Shown here piece after piece: positions 62,173-64,000 of a stretch of 64,000 nucleotides of DNA. Location: contig CM075993.1 in assembly GCA_038087875.1 (NCBI GenBank), positions 11,410,001 through 11,474,000 of the forward strand. The letters run 5' to 3'. The first letter of the stretch is position 1; the number at the start of each line of letters is the position of its first letter. The notes under the pieces are model-generated. The model did no database searches, was not told the origin of the DNA, and was given only the letters and a program-made list of their open reading frames with translations. Source of the DNA: Malacoraja senta. Taxonomy: Eukaryota. A program made the translations under genes and the position numbers.

Positions 62173-64000
62173 AATAACACACAGGGTGCTGGAGAACTCA
62201 GCAAAGTCAGGCTGCATCTTTGGAGGGGAGGGACAGACAACGTTTTGGGTTGAAACGTCCATATCCTCGACCTTCCACAGAGGCTGCCTGACCTGCTGAG
62301 TTCTTCCAGGACTTTGTGTGTTATAATTACTGCCAACAGTGGCTGAGCTAGTCATGTTCATGTACTTGGGTAATCTGGGTACAGCTGTACACTAGTGAAT
62401 GGTTTTAAGGAGGATTCTGCACAGAAGGGGAGGGTCATCATATGGTCATAAGGAATAGGAGTCGAATTAGGCCATTCGGCCCATTAAGTCTACTCCACCA
62501 TACAATCATGGCTGATCTATCTCCCCCTCCTATTCTCCTGCCTTCTCTCCATAACCTCTGACATTCGTACTAATCAAGAATTTATCTATCTCTGCTTTGT
62601 GCATCCAATATTTGTGGTGGTCATTTTTGGTGAGGGCAGAAGTGTGAACTATTATCTAGTGGTGGGACCAGTGGAGATGGAACATGTTGGCCAGTATGGG
62701 CAAGCTGGGCCGAAGGGCCTGTTTCCACACTGTATCACCCTATGCCTCTATGGTCAACACTCTTGCTTCTTGTTGTTTAAAGCTTGCAATAGAAGAAACT
62801 CTAGATAGTAAAATGAACCACAACCAAAATAAATGGGAACCTTGGAAAAGTGAATGCATAAAATGAGCTTCGATGGGGATGACAGAACATTTTGTGGAGC
62901 AGTGACAGGCTAACTGCAAGGACATTTGTAGGATACATTTGCTCAGTGTTGAGATGGAAGGGCAGATTTACCTGGGGAATTGGTTCAGAAAGCTGTTGTA
63001 TCAGACATATATTTTATAGAGTTATACAGGATGGAAACACTTCCTAAGTCTAACTCATCCATACCAATCAAGAGGCCGAACCAACCCTCATATCCCTCAG
63101 AATCTTTCTCATCCCTCAGAATCATTCTTACCGGTCCAAATATCTTTCAGACATTGTAATTAATCATGCCACTTCCTTTGCCAGCTTGTTCCACAAACCC
63201 ACGGGTCTTTGTGTAAAAAAACTTAGCTCTTCAGATTCCCTTTAAATCTTTTTTCTCTCACCTTAAGAGAGGGACGGCAGTTCGCAGGCTGGGCCTGTCG
63301 TGGGCAATGGAAGGGATTGGGAGCCGCTCTGGTACAACGAACCGGGACTTTGAACCCGATAAAATGGCGCCGGCATTATTATATGCAAAATTAATTTTAC
63401 TGTGGTAATGTTAAATTGCATATGTGACAACAAATATCCATTTATCCATTGATATCTATTGATATCCATAATATCCGATTATTATTTCATGTTTCATGTA
63501 CATTTCATGTTTCATGTATTTTGTGTTTTTTTGACTGTTGGAAGATCAATTTCCCTCCCGGGATAAATAAAGTTATATTAAATAAAGTATCCTGCAACTT
63601 TTATGCCCCTTATAATTTTATAAACCTCTGTAAAATCACCCCTCAGCATCCTTGGCTCCAGAGAAACAGTCCCAGCTTATCCAGTTTGTCCTTGTAATTT
63701 GTCCTCCAGACTGGGCGACATCATGGTGAATTTTGTTTGCATCTTTAGCTTAATCACATCTTCCCTGCGGTGTGGAGACCACGACTGCACACAATACTCC
63801 AAGTACAGCCTAGCCTCCATTTTGTACAACTGTAACATGATGTCCCGACTCCTACACTCACAGCTGTGGCCAAACAAGGTGAGAGCCAGCCATACGCCCA
63901 TTCACCATTCCGTCTACATTTAGTGATTCAGAGATACAGCACGGAAACTGGCCCTTTGGCCCACTTGAGTCCACGCCGACCAGCGATCACATCGTATACA

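Overview
This is vertebrate nuclear DNA, not prokaryotic. The repeat content (HE1/V-SINE-type tRNA SINEs, CR1, L2, Rex1/Babar, L1/Tx1, Neptune-type Penelope) points to a cartilaginous fish, probably a skate or ray; the taxon is inferred. The window appears to lie within the 5' introns of a minus-strand ROR-family (NR1F, RORA-like) nuclear receptor gene. Two small exons are visible: a 30-nt microexon encoding (G)ISVTKKTHT(S) at 57413-57442, and an alternative first coding exon MHVLCSAMK(A) at 40385-40412 inside a CpG island that carries a 44-bp VNTR. The DNA-binding-domain exons were not found and probably lie left of base 1 or in the 200-N gap. Most of the rest is nested transposable elements: a near-complete but degenerate DIRS1-like retrotransposon (gag, RT/RNaseH, adenine methyltransferase, tyrosine recombinase, ICR), two Passport-like DD34E Tc1 copies, one complete and one partial non-autonomous Helitron, two unclassified TIR elements, an AFC-like CORE-SINE, GC-rich non-coding retroposons with different LINE tails, and many Penelope termini with minimal hammerhead-ribozyme motifs. 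Family assignments come from recalled motifs, not database searches, and many repeat boundaries are approximate.
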